A stretch of DNA of 64,000 nucleotides from Solirubrobacteraceae bacterium (GTDB taxonomy: Bacteria; Actinomycetota; Thermoleophilia; Solirubrobacterales; Solirubrobacteraceae): positions 350-64,349 of the forward strand of contig DASZMP010000088.1 of NCBI GenBank assembly GCA_035551795.1, in the 5' to 3' direction. The first letter of the stretch is position 1; each line of letters starts with the position of its first letter. The notes under the pieces were generated by a model. That model saw nothing but the letters and a program-made list of their open reading frames with translations, did no database searches and was not told where the DNA came from. Positions 61,786 through 64,000 of the stretch are shown here, in pieces. The position numbers were made by a program, and so were the translations under genes.

Positions 61786-63180
61786 ATGGAGTCGGCGGTG
61801 AAACCCGCCGATACGCCAGCCAGGACGATGAGCGCGGGAACGAACGTGGATCAAGCGGCAGTGGCCGGCGCGCCCGTGAACTATTCGGCGGGGCTCGAGC
61901 GCCTGCTGGCCCAGGGACGGCCGGGCCTCCCCCAGCGCATGCCGGGGCGAGAGCTGCGAGCCGAACTCACCGTGGCCACCGCCTTCCTGGCTGCCGCAGT
62001 GCCAATGGCTGTCTGGCTGCCCGGACAGGGCTCACATTCCGCGGCGGTCACGCTGCTGTTTGTGGCCCTCTACGCACTGACATCGAGGATCGAATTCGAC
62101 GTCGGATCGGGCTATACGCCGCCAACCCAACTCGTCCTGATCCCGATGCTGTTCGCCCTGCCGCCGGGCCGGGTCCCCCTGATTGTCGCCGGCGCCTGGG
62201 TCCTGGGGAAGTCACACTCGTTCATCGACCGCTCACGGGCCCCCGACCGAGTGGTGGTCGCGGTGGCGAACGGCTGGCACACCATCGCCCCCGCTCTGGT
62301 GCTCTCGCTGGCCGAGGTCCGGGGGCCACACTGGTCGGATTGGCCGGTTCTCCTGCTGGCGCTGAGCTCTCAGGTGGTCTGCGACTTCCTGGCCAGCTCG
62401 GCGCGCGAGGGGCTGCGTCTGGGACACGTTCCGCGCCTACCGATGAGGCTGCTAGGCAGCGTCTACCTGATGGACATCTGCCTGAGCCCGATCGGGTTGG
62501 CGGTGGCGTTCGCCGCCCGTGGCCGTCCCGAGGCGGCGCTCATCACTCTGCCTCTGAGCGGGCTGCTGATGTTCCTGGCCCGTGATCGTCGCGCCCGGAT
62601 GGCGGCGATGGTGGAGCTCTCGGCCGCCTACCGGGGCACGGCGTTCCTGCTGGGTGATGTGGTGGAGGCGGACGATGCCTACACCGGGAGCCACAGCCGC
62701 GACGTGGTCGACCTGGCGAAGGTGGTCGGCCCGATGATGCGCCTGGACGAGGACCAGCTGCGCCGGCTCGAGCTGGCCGCGCTGCTGCACGACGTGGGCA
62801 AGATCGCCATCCCCAAATCAATCATCAACAAGCCCGGCAAGTTGACTGCGGAGGAACGCGCGATCATCGAAACCCACACGGTCGAGGGCGAGAAGATGCT
62901 CCGCAACGTGGGCGGCCTGCTGGGCGAGGTGGGAACGATCGTCCGCTCCTGCCATGAGCGATACGACGGCCGGGGCTACCCGGACGGTCTCGCCGGGGAG
63001 ACGATCGCCGTGGAGGCCAGGATCGTCGCCTGCTGCGATGCCTTTAACGCGATGACCACGGATCGCCCGTACCGCGACGCGCTCCCGCTGCCCACCGCCC
63101 TCGGCGAGCTGGGGGCGGGCCGGGGCACCCAGTTCGATCCCGCCGTGGTCGACTGCCTTCTCCAGCTGCACGCCGGCTAG
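61786..63180 (+). CDS. Membrane-anchored HD-GYP domain phosphodiesterase
   Basis: Multiple TM segments, then YTGSHS, LLHDVGK, HERYDGRGYPDG, DAFNAMTTDRPYR, GTQFDP. Start uncertain (61786 or 61828). Confidence 0.9.
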   Translation: MESAVKPADTPARTMSAGTNVDQAAVAGAPVNYSAGLERLLAQGRPGLPQRMPGRELRAELTVATAFLAAAVPMAVWLPGQGSHSAAVTLLFVALYALTSRIEFDVGSGYTPPTQLVLIPMLFALPPGRVPLIVAGAWVLGKSHSFIDRSRAPDRVVVAVANGWHTIAPALVLSLAEVRGPHWSDWPVLLLALSSQVVCDFLASSAREGLRLGHVPRLPMRLLGSVYLMDICLSPIGLAVAFAARGRPEAALITLPLSGLLMFLARDRRARMAAMVELSAAYRGTAFLLGDVVEADDAYTGSHSRDVVDLAKVVGPMMRLDEDQLRRLELAALLHDVGKIAIPKSIINKPGKLTAEERAIIETHTVEGEKMLRNVGGLLGEVGTIVRSCHERYDGRGYPDGLAGETIAVEARIVACCDAFNAMTTDRPYRDALPLPTALGELGAGRGTQFDPAVVDCLLQLHAG

Positions 63181-63338
63181 CCGCTCCGGACTAGTCTCCT
63201 GCCGGCGCCTGTCCGGCGTGGCCAGCCGGGCTTGATTGCTACGGACCGGTCTCTGTACCTTTCGGCCAGCTTTAACCAGCGGCCTGTCCACTCGAATGCC
63301 CGACCGTCCAACCAAACGCGCTGAACGGAGCCAGTCCG

Positions 63339-64000
63339 GTGACTGACCCGAGCGCCGCCGCCATCACGTCGACCACCCCGGCGCCGGAGTCTGACCGGGG
63401 TGTCCAGCCGCGATCCGAGGGCGCGCAGCCCGCGGTGAGCCTGCGCGACGTGCGCAAGGCATACGGCTCGGTCGAGGCGGCGGCCGGCGTGGACCTGGAC
63501 ATCGCCAAGGGCGAGTTCTTCACGATGCTCGGGCCGTCGGGATCGGGCAAGACCACGCTGCTCCGGATCATCGCGGGCTTTGTCAAGGTGGACGCTGGGA
63601 CGGTCTCGCTCGGCGGCGTCGACGTGACGCGTGAGCCCCCCTATGCGCGCCAGGTGAACACGGTGTTTCAGGATTACGCGCTGTTCCCCCACATGAGCGT
63701 GCTCCAGAACGTCGAGTACGGGCTGCGGGTCAAGAAGGTCGCCCGCGGGCGGCGGCGCGAGCGAGCGCAGGCGGCGCTGGAGATGGTGCGGCTGGCCGAG
63801 CATGGCGAACGCAAGCCGGTCCAGCTGTCCGGCGGCCAGCGCCAGCGGGTCGCTCTGGCCCGGGCGATCGTCAACGAGCCCGAGGTGCTCCTGCTCGACG
63901 AACCGCTCGGCGCGCTTGACCTCAAGCTCCGCCAGGGGATGCAGCTGGAGCTCAAGCGGATCCAGCGCGAGGTCGGGATCACGTTCGTGTTCGTGACCCA
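63339..64000 (+). CDS. potA: Polyamine ABC transporter ATP-binding protein (runs off the window)
   Basis: Not in the ORF track because there is no stop in the window. GGAG RBS + [54 protein letters not shown]. Confidence 0.85.
   Translation, partial: MTDPSAAAITSTTPAPESDRGVQPRSEGAQPAVSLRDVRKAYGSVEAAAGVDLDIAKGEFFTMLGPSGSGKTTLLRIIAGFVKVDAGTVSLGGVDVTREPPYARQVNTVFQDYALFPHMSVLQNVEYGLRVKKVARGRRRERAQAALEMVRLAEHGERKPVQLSGGQRQRVALARAIVNEPEVLLLDEPLGALDLKLRQGMQLELKRIQREVGITFVFVT

Noticed and set aside
61792..61814. Sigma-28 promoter for the HD-GYP gene (GCCGATAC)
   Set aside because: No matching -35 at 15-nt spacing. The sequence is one arm of a TCGGCGG/CCGCCGA hairpin of unclear meaning.

Overview
High-GC actinobacterial-type chromosomal DNA. 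The gene content and many apparently leaderless starts suggest Thermoleophilia/Solirubrobacterales (inference). I saw no rRNA, tRNA, CRISPR array or intact transposase. 1-21 kb: mixed repair and housekeeping genes (HARP/SNF2 helicase, stand-alone PrimPol, EEP nuclease, Fpg/Nei, zwf, SDRs, cyclase-STAND-TPR), a deleted AKR pseudogene, and an MFS transporter fused to a ~700-aa disordered tail that appears to carry its own internal promoter and RBS. 21.3-46.2 kb: an apparent vitamin B6 catabolic locus. It encodes pyridoxamine-pyruvate aminotransferase, pyridoxal 4-dehydrogenase, 4-pyridoxolactonase, FHMPC dehydrogenase and an HMPDC-decarboxylase-like aldolase. The known GMC oxidases, MHPCO and AAMS hydrolase are not in the window. 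In their place are a split three-subunit molybdenum hydroxylase, an LLM enzyme, a Zn-ADH, M29 and M20 hydrolases, and two ABC importers sharing a 26-bp operator-like repeat. 47.3-58.8 kb: tryptophan -> kynurenine -> anthranilate -> anthraniloyl-CoA catabolism plus TrpB2. 58.8-60.9 kb: a thioredoxin-fold fusion followed by a UGSC-type selenoprotein whose in-frame UGA has a SECIS-like hairpin. 60.9-63.2 kb: a secreted protein behind a c-di-GMP-I riboswitch, divergent from a membrane HD-GYP protein. The window ends in a PotA-like ATPase. Family calls come from motifs I recognised by eye and from recalled reference sequences; no searches were run.
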